The notes: a model not told the origin generated them from the letters alone. DNA of 64,000 nucleotides from Chrysomallon squamiferum (GCA_012295275.1 CM022673.1:6262001-6326000), one strand, 5' to 3'. Positions 1-15,649 are shown, counted from the first letter of the stretch. Translations and numbers: made by a program.

Positions 1-1330
1 TGAACACGCTGTACGGCTATAGACACGAGAATAGTGGTTAATCACCATTAAAAGCGACCGGGAATAACGGATATTCTGAATTAGGCTGGAAAATTTAACA
101 TAAGATTCCGTCCTTTTTTATACTTTTTTTTTTTTTTTTTTTTCCACCTTTAATTGGAAGAATATTAACGTGTTAAAGTGAGATTAGGTTGTAAAAAAAT
201 GGAATTCCGTTATTTCCTTTGTGATAACATATGTTTAAATGAATGTGTTTAGTTAGAAATCATTTATTTTAAAATTTAGAGTAATTTGTACTGGAGAGGA
301 AAGCGTATTTTATGAGGTGAAATTAATAAGTAAATAAAATCTGATATGTAAGTGAGTAATTAAATGAATGATTAAAAGAAAATGTTCTTACGTGCATTCA
401 TACATATAAATATATTCCCATTCATATATACCATCATCTAACACACATGCATATATACATAACATATACATATACAAGCATATATATATATATACATACA
501 CACATATATTTAAAACATACATACAAACATACACACGCACATTCATACGTACATATACACACATACTTGCATACTTACATAAATACATCTATAAATATAT
601 ACATACATAAATATTTAGATATATACACACAAACACACACACATACGTATACATATACATATATGCATATATATACACACACATATATAGATACACACAC
701 ACACACATATATATATATACATAAACATACATACATGCAGACATACTCATACTAACACATACATACATACACTCATAAATACAGTTAACATTATTTTTGT
801 TTCTTCAGTACTCAAACACTCATATTTGAGTTCACATTTATATTTATATATTCAGAGACAGTAACTGATGCCTATTGTATAACGCAAAGTACGCTGTTCT
901 GCCGTTAAAGAGACACAAATTACGAGATGTCGCAGTTTTGAGGAAGCCACACTTCTAAGTGCTCCTAATCCCAGTTTTAATGATATCATCTGTTGTCTCG
1001 ATTTATCGTTAGACACATCACACTTGTAGTGAGATCGTATTTGCAACGGGAATCATATGTAACATGGTAATTTACGTGCGTGCACTTTCATTTTGAACAT
1101 TTTGCACAGGCCTTAATATGAAAATAAACACATAAATTATAAAAGACTGGTATCTGTACTGAAAAGCAATGAAGCCAATAAACCAACATAACAACAATAA
1201 CCAAAAAATTATAATGAAATTTGAAAAATATTAAAAAATATCTTCGTTGTTTTAATTCATTCAGAGATAAAACCCAGTTACAGAATTAATTATATTGTTA
1301 TATCATAAAAATTAAAATATTGATGCGGAT

Positions 1331-1423
<93 letters not shown>
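1331..1423. repeat. (AG)n microsatellite. Similar tracts at about 5608, 21279, 29487, 31216, 36233, 38813, 43429, 45206, 46165, 51347, 53085, 59052 and 59972
   Basis: Read directly from the sequence. Confidence 0.97.
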
Positions 1424-1426
<3 letters not shown>

Positions 1427-2934
1427 ACGAAACAAAGAGAAAAAAATAAATAAAAATGAGGGAGATAATATGATAGAAAGGATGATAAATGAGAAAGAAA
1501 GATCAGTCTTCCAGCAAAAATGATCCTCATGTTCCTTTCAGTGTTTAAAAAAAAAAAAACCAGCTTTAAGCTGCGGCAACTGGAACAGCGAGACGCGAAA
1601 AGAGGTGGTAATTTAAGTAAATTAAAACCACTAATTAGAGGCGCACTATCGGAAATATTTTGTGTTTTTTTTTTTTTTTTAATTTTTGCAAAACGTCACG
1701 CACTGCGTTTTTTTTTTTTTTTTTTGTTCTCCGAACACGCTTTTGTGGTTCGATATGTTCTGCGATTCGCAGCCATTTACGAGTAAAATGGAAACAGTAT
1801 TCAGACAATGTTTTCTAACTCTCTTGACATCCTGCTGAGAAATGTTGTCAGTTTTGCGCGCGCAGTACGTCACACAGTTTTGCTCTCTTTGCAAAAGCGA
1901 AACATCGGCAATTACTGTTACGCATTATTGCTGCTTTCCTGCAGCATAGATTTTTTTTTTTTTTTTTTTTATAGTTGTTAATACTGTTTTGTTAGTCTTT
2001 TATATTTTATTATTTATTTATGAAGATTATTGTTTTTTTTTTTTCTTCCAATATTATATTGCATGATTTGGTTTATTTTGTTATTTTTATTATTTTTATT
2101 TTTTTTTTTTTTTTTTCATATTATTTATTCAGATTTCTTGCACAACAGCATGTAACTTGTTACGCGATCGAAAATTGGAGTGTAGTGTTTCTTTCAGGAC
2201 CTATTTCCACATGAAATGTTGACTGCAGCGTTTATATTTCCATAACAGTCGTACACTAGAAGAGGTTATTGAGTACTGCATAAAAACTACGTAACTGTTT
2301 AACAAATAGCGTACTCAACTGCGGCAGTAAGTATTCTATCAGCCCATTACATCAGAACCAAAAAAATAAAATAAAAAAAATAAATTATAATAAAAATAAA
2401 TTTAATTAAATAATAAAACATTTTAATAATAATGAAAAAAAAATAATAATAAAAAAAAAAAACATTAAAAAAAAAAGGAAAAAAAATAAAGAGATAAAAA
2501 GCAACCGAAACAAAATATTTTGTAACGTCCATTTTCTTCACATTACAAAATCCATCGCCATTACAATTACTTCCACCTGAGCTGGAACTGACTCTCATTT
2601 CCCGATCCAACAAGGGTCCCTACGAGTGATTGTCTAAAGGCCTGAGTATGCATGTGTAAGGTTATTTTTAAAAAATAATTATTTCGTATAATAAAGGCTG
2701 TGAATATTTTATGAAGTGACGTCAGTTGACGTTCCTAGTCAGTTGACACCGTTACACAAGTCAAACATAATAAAGCCTAACTACGTCTGATATCTAATAA
2801 ATGATTGCATTAAATTGTGTTCACGTATCAGATGTGTTCCAGAACGTGCAAATGTGCATTTTTCTTTTATTGTGGATTCATTTGAAATTTATGAGAGATA
2901 AAAATGAAAAAACAAAAAAGTTTTACTATACTAA

Positions 2935-2980
<46 letters not shown>

Positions 2981-4482
2981 GAACAAAAAAAACCCAAACA
3001 AAAAAAAAAAAAAAAAAAATACAATTATGTTTAATAAGTTCAGCTTGGAATAGTGTTTTTGTTAATTCTAAAGTCCATTAGCGTGCCAACAGAGCGAGTC
3101 TGCGGAATAATAAGAATCTCACAGGCATCTCGCAGTAACAGGAACTGAATACCCAAAGGTACCTAATGTTAACACTGAGCCTTTTTTTTTTTATCTTCCG
3201 TTTTACACCCAGCTGAACCAAACAACCGAAAGGAAAGAAAAGGTTATTTAGGTTTGACGTGTAATCAGGTGTGTCTTTTTTGTTTGTGAGTGTGTCTGTG
3301 TGTCATATGTGCATATCTGGCTAAATCTCATAAACTGTTAACAATGCTATTTTGATAACTTCCCAGCGTTAAACCAACAGAACGCCAAAACCTGCTGTGC
3401 AAAATAAAGCTCGGTAATCGAAAGATATCCTGTTTTTGTAGTTACGCCAATTTTACGAAGCTTAAACACCCCCACTACACCCGTAATTTATAACGACTAA
3501 AACTACATCGTTAACACAACAGGTAGCTCGATTTATCGTTCAGCCATTTTGTGTTTTTAAATAAATCTTAGCACCCACTCGTGCAGTCTATAATGAACAA
3601 ACAAAATTAAAACATGATTGTGTTGCTTGTTCTTTGGACACTAAATGCTGCAAGTAAAAAGTATGACACTAAAATAAAACGGCGTGGAAGCTATATTTTC
3701 CATTAACGACAGAGAAAAATTAAAATTTAAAGAAGAAATCTTGACGTATTTGTTTTATTTTTATTATTATTATTTTGTTTGTTTGATTTTCTACTGTTTA
3801 GCTGTATCCTAGCAAAATCTTTGTTTTTAAAAATTTTCTGAAAGTACGGTAATGACAGCATCCATGTAAGTGAGAGAGACATATATTACTGTCAAACTTT
3901 ATTATTACCATAGAAAGCTGTCTAGATTTTTAAAATTAAACAATCTCTTGCGGATATAGAAAATGGATCTAAACTTTTTGTTCTTAAGACTCTTTATTAA
4001 AACCTTCGTTGAGAAATATACTAAGGTACAATATAAAAAAAAAAATCAATCGATTACTGGAAATAAAGCCTACAAAATTCATTTTACGCCCAGCTAGAAT
4101 ACCTTATCTTCATTCTTTATGTTTCAGAACAACGTCAGTTTCCAAAATTACAAAATGAAACGAAACAACGATATCTGATAAAAAGAACTACATTTCCCTT
4201 AAGAATCTATATTTTAATAAAAGAATCTAGAGCAGAAAATGAAGCCGTTACTGAACAAGTTACATTACAAACACAACTCGTATTATGTTGCACTTCAGTT
4301 TAATTTTTTTCCTTTCCCCACCAACCCTCCATCTTAAATGACTCTTCTTTAGCACTGTTGACATTGCACTTTGTCTACCGCATGAATTCTAAAAGAACTC
4401 TTAATTTCCTGAAACGACTTGTTTTCGGAACTAAAGGTCGACGGAGCATTTGCGTCAAAAGGGCAGCCATTTTGGTTCTTAC

Positions 4483-4506
4483 CGGAGAGAGATTGAGCGA
4501 CGCCAT
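4483..4506 (-). CDS. Possible short first coding exon (MASLNLSP) of an unidentified gene
   Basis: ATGGCG start and donor CCG|GTAAGA, with an upstream ETS motif in a CpG-rich island. No downstream exon identified. Confidence 0.25.
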
Positions 4507-5198
4507 ATTCGTTACCACTGAGCGGAAGTCCTGAAGGACGGACGCCTATCTCCGTGTATTGAGGATGCTTAATGGTTCCCTTTGCTCCTGAAACTTGACT
4601 AAGTTCGAGGAAATTATTCCAGCCGACATGCAGAGTCCAATTACCAAAAGATGAACTCTGGCGTGTTCAAAACGGAAGAGGCGTGTAAAAGAGTTTTTTC
4701 TTTTTTTTTCTTACTTCTTGACAATGCATGGTGTTTGACTTTCGTTCGATGAATCGGATGAATGAATAAACTGATAAGTAAACAAGTAAATATACATGTG
4801 TGCATATCCATATAGTGGCATATACGAAAACATATATACTAGCATATGTACATACGTACGTACATTCATGGGTACATACATACTAGCAAACGATCAAGCC
4901 TGTAGTAATAGTAGTTGCAGTAATACTAACAGTAGTAGTAGTAACAGTAGTCTCAGTAGCAGTAACAATGGTAATAGTAGCAGTAGTAGTAGTAAGATAA
5001 TAATTTTTGTGGTAGTAAAAATTGAGCTAGCAAAATAATTACTATAACAAAGACATTAATAACAGCAGTTGTAATACCAATAGTAGCAGTAGTAGTAGCT
5101 GAAATAGTAAAATAATACGATTTGTTAAAATAGTGCTAAAAAAAGAATATGTAACACAGATATTAGTAACAGAACAGCAGCGGTAATAACAATAGTAA

Positions 5199-5243
<45 letters not shown>

Positions 5244-5604
5244 CAGCAGAAGTAGTTTCAATAATAGAAGTAGCAACGACATCAGATATCACTAACTAAA
5301 TACAGAGTGTATTTTTGCCCACGGTGTGAGATATGATTGATATTACACTTAGCGTACTCGAGTCGGCCCGCATTGTTTAACGGGCGTGTGATCGGCGGTC
5401 AGAGCTAAGCCCTCGGTGTAAACAGTCTCATCGTGCTGTCACTGGAAGATACGTTTTGTGATACGAGAGATTTTTCTACCGAGACAAGACAATAATTCGC
5501 CGTGTCTATTGATTAACTGTCATCGCAAAGATAAACGCGAGAGTTTTCATTATGAATGCTAATCATTTCTTAGTTACTATATGTGCCGTTCGGTAGCTCA
5601 TTGA

Positions 5605-5705
<101 letters not shown>

Positions 5706-6497
5706 CATCCCTCTCTTTGTCACTCACTCAAAGATACTGTCTTTTTTTTCTCCTTCTTTTTATAATTTTTCTAAAAATTCAAAATGAACAGTTGCATTCA
5801 GTGATTAAATTTTTGATTTCCAAGAATTATGTTTTTCCATATTTCTATAACCACAATTAATTTATTGATTACCTTTTTTTAAAATTTTTAATCATCTCTG
5901 GGTGAAAATAAAGTGTAAATAAACAAAAAATAAGCAAATATATAAATTAATTAATTAGTCAGTCAATCTATCAATCAATAATAATAATAATAATGGTGGT
6001 GATGATGGTAATAATAATGATGATGAAGGTTATGATCATGATGACGGGGATCATAACAAAGATTATGACAAAGATGATTTTTACCGTTGACATTTATTGT
6101 TAATGATGAAGATGATAATTACGAGGGCGACAACAATTAAAATCAACAACGACAACATCAACGATAATAATCAACCTAGATATTAACCTCCGTTCTTATT
6201 GTCATATTTGAAAAACGGGGAAAACTGAACATACTAACATTTGTATGTATGCGTCATACTGGTGTATTCACGATTATAGAATAATGAATCACTAAAAGGG
6301 TAGAACATCCGACATAACAATGTCATTTTAGAAACGATTAGAGCAGACAATAGATAATGTTCATAAATACAGTGTGAATGCGTTTCACAATTAAAATAGC
6401 ACTTTTATCGTCACGGATTCTCTGGCTATTTCGTTTGCGGAAAAAAAAAGAAAATGATTTGCTTTACTGGGCCAAACATTGTTTTGTCTATGAAAGG

Positions 6498-6559
<62 letters not shown>

Positions 6560-7244
6560 AACTAAAAAAAACCCACAAAAAAAGAAATGACGTAGTGTTT
6601 TTTGAAATAACACAATTTCCGTTGCTTTTAAACAAACAATGAACGGAAAATTTATTTTCATGCAAAATTTACGACTTCCAAGCCATCATTCACGAATCTG
6701 TTGTTTTACTGAAATAAATTAAACGACAATAAATAATTAATTTGTAATGATTTCATTCCGGTATGAATGATGTAGAAAATAATAATAACAATAATAATAA
6801 TAATAATAACAACAACAACAACAATGGTGATGTTGACGATGATGATGGTCATAATAATAATAATAACAGAGCAGTAACAACAACTGTAATAATAAAAGTT
6901 AACAACAGTGACAGCAGCAACAACAACAACAACCAGTAATAATAACTGCTAACAATAACGACGGCCTCAACAAGAACAACACTGATGATTATAATTAAAA
7001 TCACCGCAGCTGACATAACCACGCTGTTATTGTTGTCACAATTTTCATTACAAGCTTTATTGTTTGTTACCGTTGTCGTTGTATGTACGCTTAATAGTCA
7101 TGATCAAAATGGTAGCCGTCATAAACGCTGTATTCACCAACTCTCTTCATAAATGTTGTCATTGTAAACATCGTCCTCGCAAGTGTATCAGCATTTCCAT
7201 GGCAGCATTATAAACATAAGCGTTACCGACGTTACTGTTGTATG

Positions 7245-7452
7245 TATGTCGTCGTAAGCGTTATCGTTGTCATGTCGTCGTACGCGTTATCGTTGTCATG
7301 TCGTCGTAAGCGTTATCGTTGGTCATGTAGTTGCAAGCGTTATCGTTGTCATGTTGTTGTAAACGTTATCGTTGTCATGTAGTCGTAAGCGTTATGGTTG
7401 TCATGTAGTCGTAAGCGTTATCGTTGTCATGTTGTTATAAGCGTTATGGTTG
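7245..7452. repeat. 26-bp minisatellite, about 8 diverged copies (GTAAGCGTTATCGTTGTCATGTCGTC)
   Basis: Tandem unit read directly from the sequence. Confidence 0.9.
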
Positions 7453-10400
7453 CGGTGGTTAATGCTGATGCAAGTGTTGTAGTTGCTGTGTTGATTATCG
7501 TTAATATCAGTGTTGTTATTACCATTATTTCTACTGCTGCAGTCCTTAATGTTTCCAAAAAAAAAAAATGAGACCATTAGATCTGATTCCAGATCATCTA
7601 TCTCCCTGTCTGCGAAAACAATTTATTAGTCACCTATGAACTGTAATATAAATATAAGACCGAAATGTCATCATTTTGCTGCAAGTTGGATGCAGCTTTA
7701 TAAAAAAAATTTAAAAAAAAAAAGGATAAAAATTTTAAAAAAAAATTGAGAGAAATGGATGGTTAAAAAACTTGTGGAGTGATACTGAGCCTCTGTGAAA
7801 GAAACACATTAAAACGAGTGAAAATGTCTCTAGCTGATAATCAGTTTTGCGCTGTTTGCAAAGCATTTGTCAGTTAGCGGGGCTTTAGATCCAGATTTTT
7901 CTATTTAAAGCTATGGATGATTACATTACATTAATAACTGAGTAAATGTGACTTGCGTTTACTCTCTCTCTCTCTCTTTTTTTTATAATATCTGTTTTAA
8001 CACTTTTATTACTATAAAAGAATTCTTCATCTTCTTAAAATGAACGTTTAACGCCCATAAACTGTGTAATTATAATGTTATAAAATATTTTTGCTTCTAA
8101 TAACATTTTAAAGGAATCTTTTGTTGGTTTTTTTCTTTACTGTTATTTATTTTTCGGCTTAGACGAGGATGTCCCTATTGTAAGAAACCGGACAGATATT
8201 GACTCGCTGTTTCTTTCATAAAATTATTCTAGGAGGATTTAGTGGTGAATAGGGGATTCACGAATATCCACCCATTGACGGGCTCTTCTTTAATGGAGGC
8301 TTAATGGGAACGGTGGCCTCGTTTTACGAGATACAAAAATCAGTAAAACTTTCATTAACGCCATTCAAGATTTTTGCCCAAATCTCCCACAAATATGTGA
8401 TTTATTATTTTTTATTTTTTAATATTTCTTTATGTAAAACCTTTTTTTTTTTTTTTTTTTTTTTTCATTTCTACAATAATAAAATCCTCTTCATTTTGAT
8501 TTATTTTCTGCTTTTTTTTTTTTTTTCCTATGCTTCTTCCGGTTTTTATTTTTGGCTCAGTTATTACAGATTGAGAATTCCTTGTTTTTTATTTTAAAAC
8601 TTTTAAATATATATATATAATTTTTTTTTAGGGGGACACCACAGAATTTATGGTTAGTATATATAATAATAATAATAATAATAATTTACGCGACTGTTGA
8701 CAGTATTCAGTTAATAAAAAATATTTATAAAAATAAAGAAAGGAAGGAAAAAGGGAATGGTGAGAGTGACGTGTTTCTTTTTGTTTTTGTTTTTGTTTAT
8801 TTTCCCCTACTTGAAAGCGCAGGTCAGTCACGTACAGCATATTTTTGATGCTAGTTCATTCCTCGCTTCGTTCGTAAGTTACGCCTGATTATTTCTTCTT
8901 TTTTTTTTCTTTTTTTCTTACTTAGAAATATAAAATTATTTTACGGGCACTTAAATCTGTTACAGTTCTAAACTGTTACATTTTCTTCTGCTCTTTTTTC
9001 TTCGTTTAAATTGCACACGCAACATTAAACGTTCTGGTAAAACATCTAACTAGAGCATAGTTCCGATTCTTTACACAACCGTTCAAAGTTTTACTCTAAA
9101 CATCAGTGAATTTTAGTTTTTAAATTTAAATTTTTTCTTTCAAATAGAAACAAACTGAAGAAAACTCAAATTTCAGTCAAATCAAGAATCTTCTTTTTTT
9201 TCTTCTTTTTCTTCTTGTTGTTATTGTTGTTGTTGCTCTTCTTCTTCTTCTTCAACTTGTTGTTGTTGTTATTATTATTATTATTATTATTTTCAAAACC
9301 TATAATACGTTATATTATTCCATCTGTTATTTTATCAAGGAATCATACAGTTAGACAGTTTTTTTTAATCTTTTTATTCAGATTTCACAAAGGCGGGGAT
9401 TTAGCGCAACAATGAGTGCAACGATGGAGATAAAATGTGTTTGATTACAAAGAACAAATCGGACGAAAAAAAAAATAATAATCGAAAGGCGCTGACAAAA
9501 GTATTGCTTTGGGTCTGCATTTGAGATTGTTCAAATGTCGTCACCGGGAGGAAAGTCGCTTTATCTTTCAAGTATTCTAAGTGGATGTTTCGCTGTGCGA
9601 GTAAAGAAGTTTTTAGCTTCTAAGCTAAGATTACAGAAATACGGAAACGACGGTGTGCGGCGTACGGCGAGCGACAAAAAAACACAAAAACCCCCAGAAA
9701 GGAAATAATTTGAAACAAGCGATAATCACGTCCGGGTTGCGGTATGTTTTCTTTATCTTGTTATTACGTTAGCGGATAAACTGATGAAGAATATATTTCA
9801 CTGGAATTTTTATCCTTTTGATACGAATGCTGATAGTTTCAGCTGGACATTTTCAAGACGTGTATTTGATTGGACACCTTTGATGTATTTCAGTACAAGT
9901 CGTCATCATCATCAACATCATCATCGGGATCTTCTTCGACTTCTTGCAATTTTTTTATCTTCTTTTTCTTCGTTGTTTTCTTCTTCTTTCTTCAGCTGGC
10001 AGCTGCAGGTATGCGTGACTACGTACACAAAATACAGCATTACGTGTCTAAACGAAATACTGGACGTTGTTAAATACCGCAACGGGTATACGACGATACT
10101 GAGAAAGTTTAACTGGTGAACTCCATACAAGCGTATGTCTGTGAAATAACCTATTCGTGTTCTGAATAATCTGACCCGTTCCCGTGTTGTTTCCAGTCAG
10201 TCAGTCACTATTTGTGGAAGATACGTGTTGTTTATGATAAAAAAAAAATAAAGCTTAGTCTTCATTTTACATCTACTAAACATAATTAAGATTTTTATAA
10301 TTATTAAATAACCTGCTTTGAGGGAATAACCCAAAACGCATGGACTACGGGAATTCTTTGGTTTCTTAAGAAGACAAAAAGGTTTACGTTTCCAGGAATT

Positions 10401-13302
10401 TTACACAAATAAAACCACAAAAACCAGTTTCTTCTGTTTTTTCCCAACTACGACAGGAAAGTTGCCTCCATTGCCCCCCCCCACTCCTCTGTTGTACGCC
10501 CTTTCCAGAACGTAAGAAGCATCTTTTTTCGATGGAGAATAGGGGCCTAAGCAAGACATCACCGAAGTATGAAATAAACGGATTTGTTTTGGCTGATAAC
10601 ATCAAGAAATGAACGAAGTATAAAACAGTCGTCTCTGCTAGGTATATCAGAAAGTAAAAAGACTTTGCAGATTTGTCAAAAGAAAACAAAAAAATGAAAT
10701 TTATAGCATTTGTTGATAAAATAAAAAATACGCCAAGAATTACAGAAAATATTAAGATTATCTTTCGTTTCATACAATTTAAAATAATGACACTAGTGTG
10801 ACAATATATTTTTTTTTGTCTTGCAACAATGTCATATGCGTTTACCAAATATTATCTTTGCTTTATACATAAATGACATTAAAAAATTATGTAAACGTAT
10901 ATACATATGTTTCATATACCATTTTATAGTTCGTCCCAAAGGTTTATCGAATACAAAATATAAAACCTTTCTTTAACAATAAATTTTACCAACAGAAACA
11001 TCATCAAGTAACGACAACAGGAATTTCAGAACACCTTTCTGACTGAAGCGTGCCAGAACTTGTATAAACAAACGAATATAAATACATACGGACACAGTCC
11101 AGCACTGAGTAACAAAAACGTAAAAAAAAGGAGGTGTGACCGTTCGTACGGACACCTTTAAAACTTTGGAAACCTTACGTGTGTGTTTGTCTTCCCAAGC
11201 GTTCAGACTCAGAGACTCTGCTAAACTGATTTAGACAAATCCTAAAATCCTATTTAGCGAATTATTTCGAGAAACAGACTTGAAAAAAAAAAAGGAAATC
11301 GCCATCAGCATTTCAATAATTATTTCTCTGTCTATAACAGAGAGAAGACATAAAAGGGTCAACATAAATAATCAAAGAAATTATTATTATTATTATTATT
11401 ATTGTTATTTTAAAAACGCACAAAAAAGATGAAGAAATAAACGCAAGCAATGATGTATTACTTTCAGCTTGACGTGTTTTCATTCATTCGCTATATCGAT
11501 TAATAAAGATAATAAAAATACAGCTTCTAATCCATGGACATTAAATCCAGCTGTATGCGTGTTCAAAAAGACATGAAAGTTTACTGGTAGAACTAAGCAA
11601 TGAAAGGAAGGAAGGAAAGATTCATTTAACGTCAACTTTTTCTTGGTATGTGGATCTGAATTCAAAAACACCCTTCAGTGGTAGTATATACGCAAACATT
11701 TTAGAAACATGGAAAGTTATGACTGACGTGAAGTCCAATAACCAGATATTAGATAAACAAAAACAGAAAAATTACATTAACTTCATGTAGATAAAAGTCC
11801 TCTGTTTATTTAGCAATGAAGACTAAAATGACGATGATGTCGCCGATGTCTATAACTGAGGACTGGGAAGAAGAAGAAGAAGATGAACAAGAAGAAGAAG
11901 AAGAAAAAGAAGAAGAAGAAACACGAAAAAATCCAAACGTAAACAGTAATGACTAATAATAATAATAAGAGGAAGAAGAAGAAGAAGAAGAAGAAGAAGA
12001 AGAAAAAACGAAGACAGATGATGAAGATGATGAAGGAGAAATCTTTCAATCAGGATTTATTTTATACAGTATTTTCAGATATAACAGACAAATAACTCTT
12101 CAGGGAATACATTTTAAAATCGACACAAAATTTGAACTATGGAAACAGATTTTAAAAATAAAATCACTAGACTACAAACTATCTTTTATAAAAAAAAAAA
12201 ATAAAAATAAAAAATAAAAAACAATTCGTTTTAAAACTTTCTTACCTTCACTAAAAACGACGAGGAGGACCAAGACCAGAGTCTTTGATGGACGAAAGTT
12301 GATCATCATGTTAACGTTTTTAACTCCCGAACTGTCTCGTCTGATAAAATCTTTTTTATATATATATACAACACAAGAGTCTCTCCGACCTCCTCTAGCA
12401 AATGGCGAAGGAGCAGCGGACAAGCACTTTACAGGCAAGACCGCTATAAGTTACCGTGACTCAACCACGTGTCTGAAGAACAACTCGCGTGCCTTCAAAA
12501 CTCAGAAGTCGATAGGAAATAAAAATGTCCTCTACTTTTTTTCCCCCTTGTACTGCTTTGGCTGGCCCTGTCGGGTGATAGACCAGGCCTATATATTGAT
12601 AAACCTTTGAGAAAATTGTAAAGCGTCGCCAAATCCGACAGTCGTAATTTTGCGTTAACCGTTACGAGAGGCTGACTTGGAAAATGCGTCGGCACTGGCT
12701 CCACCCCATATCGGAAAAAAAAAAAAAAAATAGCGATAACTATTGCTGAACGGAATGACGACTTTGGCTCCATTAATATTAATGAAACGGCGACGGAGAG
12801 AGAGAGTGAGAGCACTTGGATAATAATTAAGACTGTCATATGGAAAAAGATTGTGGTGAAAATCGCTATGGTTTTGTAAACTTGCAAAATCACCATGCAT
12901 GGGTAAAAATAACAGATAGATAGATAGATAGATAGACAGACAGATTCAGAAGAACAGTTTAAAAACGTCAATACTAATTGCTTTTTTTCAAAGACCGGAG
13001 AAATTCTTTTAGCTTTTATAAAAATCTGTTATTAAATTTATTTTATCGTTTTTATAACGTACAGATTAAACTAAATCTACTGATATGATACATTCTATGG
13101 TTAATATTACTAATACGAATTTTGCTTCAGCTGTTCCGGATTCACTGATATGCTTAATCGATCAGGAATATTTGACGCGTAGGCGAATCTCGAAGCACTG
13201 GCTAATCAGTCCGGGGTGTTTAGGGCGATAAACAAATGAAGATGTTCAGCGGAGAAATGTAAGCACAGTGCAATAACCGCTGCACGGTTTGACGCTTCAT
13301 CA

Positions 13303-13790
13303 GTGTTTGAATTACAACCGCACTACTGGCAGTTCTCCGTTGTTTGATTATTGCTGGTGTCTATATAAAAATCTATGAATTAAGATGTTTCTAAACAGCT
13401 ATGTATTAGCTGAATTATGAAGGGTTCTGGTCATTCTGTAGTGTTTTCGGTTATAGCGGTACTGCCAGTAGTTTCAAATGTTTGAACTATAACTGATCGA
13501 GTTGAAATATAACGCTACTGTTTGTTAGTGTTTTATTGTTTGGTTACTGCTTTTGTCTGTATTAATCTATGCATTAATAATTGATACAGTTTGTTTTTTT
13601 TCCATTTGATTTATGAAGTGCTGATGGTTCATTAATGTTTGAATTATAAACTGGAAGTTCTCTACTGTTTGATTATTGCTGGTATCTACGAATTTAGGTT
13701 TTTCTGAAAAGCTGTGCATCAGTTGAATTGTGAAGTTCTGGTAGTTCTGTTGTGTTTCAATTATAAAGATATTCCTGATAGTTTTGTTAC
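13303..13790. repeat. Diverged direct duplication, period about 325 bp
   Basis: TGTTTGAATTA..CTGG.AGTTCTC...TGTTTGATTATTGCTGGT.TCTA...TGAATT.TGAAG occurs at about 13303 and again at about 13636. Confidence 0.7.
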
Positions 13791-14187
13791 ACTTAGAATA
13801 ACACTACTTTTACTTCTGTTGTTACATCTTATTCGTAGAGTTATCTTTGTGACATTTTAAATAAAAAAAAAAAAAAAAATGAAATAAAAATAAGACAATG
13901 TCCCCATTATTAATCTTTCTGTCTCTGTCTCTCTCTTTCTCTGTCTGAATGTCTATCTGTATCTGTCTCTTCTCTCTGTATGTATGTATGCCTCTCTAAC
14001 TGAAATATTTTGGAACAACAGCATAGTAACAATTAAACTCGTCATAGGTCTAAGTATTTCTACCCACTTTAAGAACAGTAAAAGACTATGACGACTACTA
14101 CTACCACGACAACAACTACTGCAACAACATCTACAGAAGCAGCAACAACAATGACAGCAATACCACCACCACCAGTAATAACATTGA

Positions 14188-14236
<49 letters not shown>

Positions 14237-14958
14237 CCAACAACAACAGCAATAAAATAATTATATTAATGACGACGCTGGTGACGACAACGACAGCAAC
14301 AACAACACATTAAGGGTCAAACTGTCACAGACAATCTAGACTGACAGGGGAATTAACAGGTTAGGCGATACCTTACACGTACAGTTTTATATTTAATGGA
14401 CGTTCGACAATGCGATACAAGGGAATTAGCGGAAACAGCTTCAGTCCAGTTGAACGTGAATTAACGTCACAACATATTGACAGTTCAGAAAGCTGCCCGT
14501 GCTAAAAAAAATAAAGTGATATTTCCAAAGAAGAAGTGTCTGTGACATCTGATTTTACAATAATATGTTGATGCAAGTATTGTGTATCAAAACCTATAAA
14601 TGCTGTCTCTTTTTTTTTGTTTTGTTTTAACGGTACGACTAAAATAATAATTAATTCAATAACCACGTCTGTGTCCTTGGATTTTGGAACAGAATATGCA
14701 TGAATATGTTATGTGTGAGTCTCTCCAACGCACGATTTTCATCTATTTATAATATATATATACACCAGTATATTCTGTGTTCACATTACTGTCAGTGGTA
14801 GGGATGATCTGCTCCGGTGACCTCTGTATTTACGTCAATTTAGTCTTTGTTAAGCTCTTATTTAATTTAAAAACAGTGGAAATAAAAATATCTTTTCCTT
14901 ATCCAGGGAGAAATATATTCATACATATATTTATATACGTGTCGGCTTATTATTTATA

Positions 14959-15649
14959 TACAGTGGTTTCTATGTCTCTTAGATCAGCGGACACATCATC
15001 ATGATTTCACTGCTAAAGCGGACTTTTTTTTTTTTTTTTTTTTCAAAATAAATTATTTAACCGTACGGCAGTTTTATACGATTTTTTTTTAAAGATGGCG
15101 TCGCCTATTTCCTTGCACTTAACAGCGTATTCACTGAGTGTTGTTTTTGTCGAATCGCAAGATCCCGCGAACTGAAATCGCCAAACGCTTGCCCAAGTTC
15201 AAACCATTTGCTACATAATTTTGATAATTCAAACCTTCAACATCATTCCATGAATATTTATGTTTTATAAACACTTTTGAGGTCGAAAATGATGGTGCGG
15301 TTGGCACAAATCTCAGTACTGTTCGTGTTTCAAACCTAATATTTTATTTTTTTAAATATAAATATATGTTATGCTTTATGACGTGCAAAATGTGTTTAAT
15401 TTACATCCATCAGTGAACTTGGTATATTATTATTATTATTATATTTATTTTTAGGATAAAAGACGTGATGCTTGCTATGACAATGCCCGGCTACAGCTAT
15501 TTATGTTTGTTGTGGTTGCTGGTGTGATGGATGATGTGAATGAAGCTTGTAAATATATTCAAAACAGTCGTCTGTAATTTTTATCCATCTGATGAGAGGA
15601 CATTTTTGCCAGGTCCGAGTGGTGTCCGTACAAGACAGATACAACTGTA
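14959..15649. mobile_element. Probable old non-autonomous Tc1/mariner-pogo-type MITE
   Basis: Left end TA-CAGTGGTTTCT..GTCT..CGGACAC. The right end is the reverse complement of TA-CAGTTGTATCTGTCT..CGGACAC. TA flanks both ends and subterminal CGGAC motifs repeat. Confidence 0.4.

Noticed and set aside
15589-15625. CTGATGA..GGAC..GTCC resembling a hammerhead ribozyme core (a similar case lies on the minus strand near 13300)
   Set aside because: The required GAAA after stem II is missing (GAGT or GAAC instead) and stems I and III are not evident.
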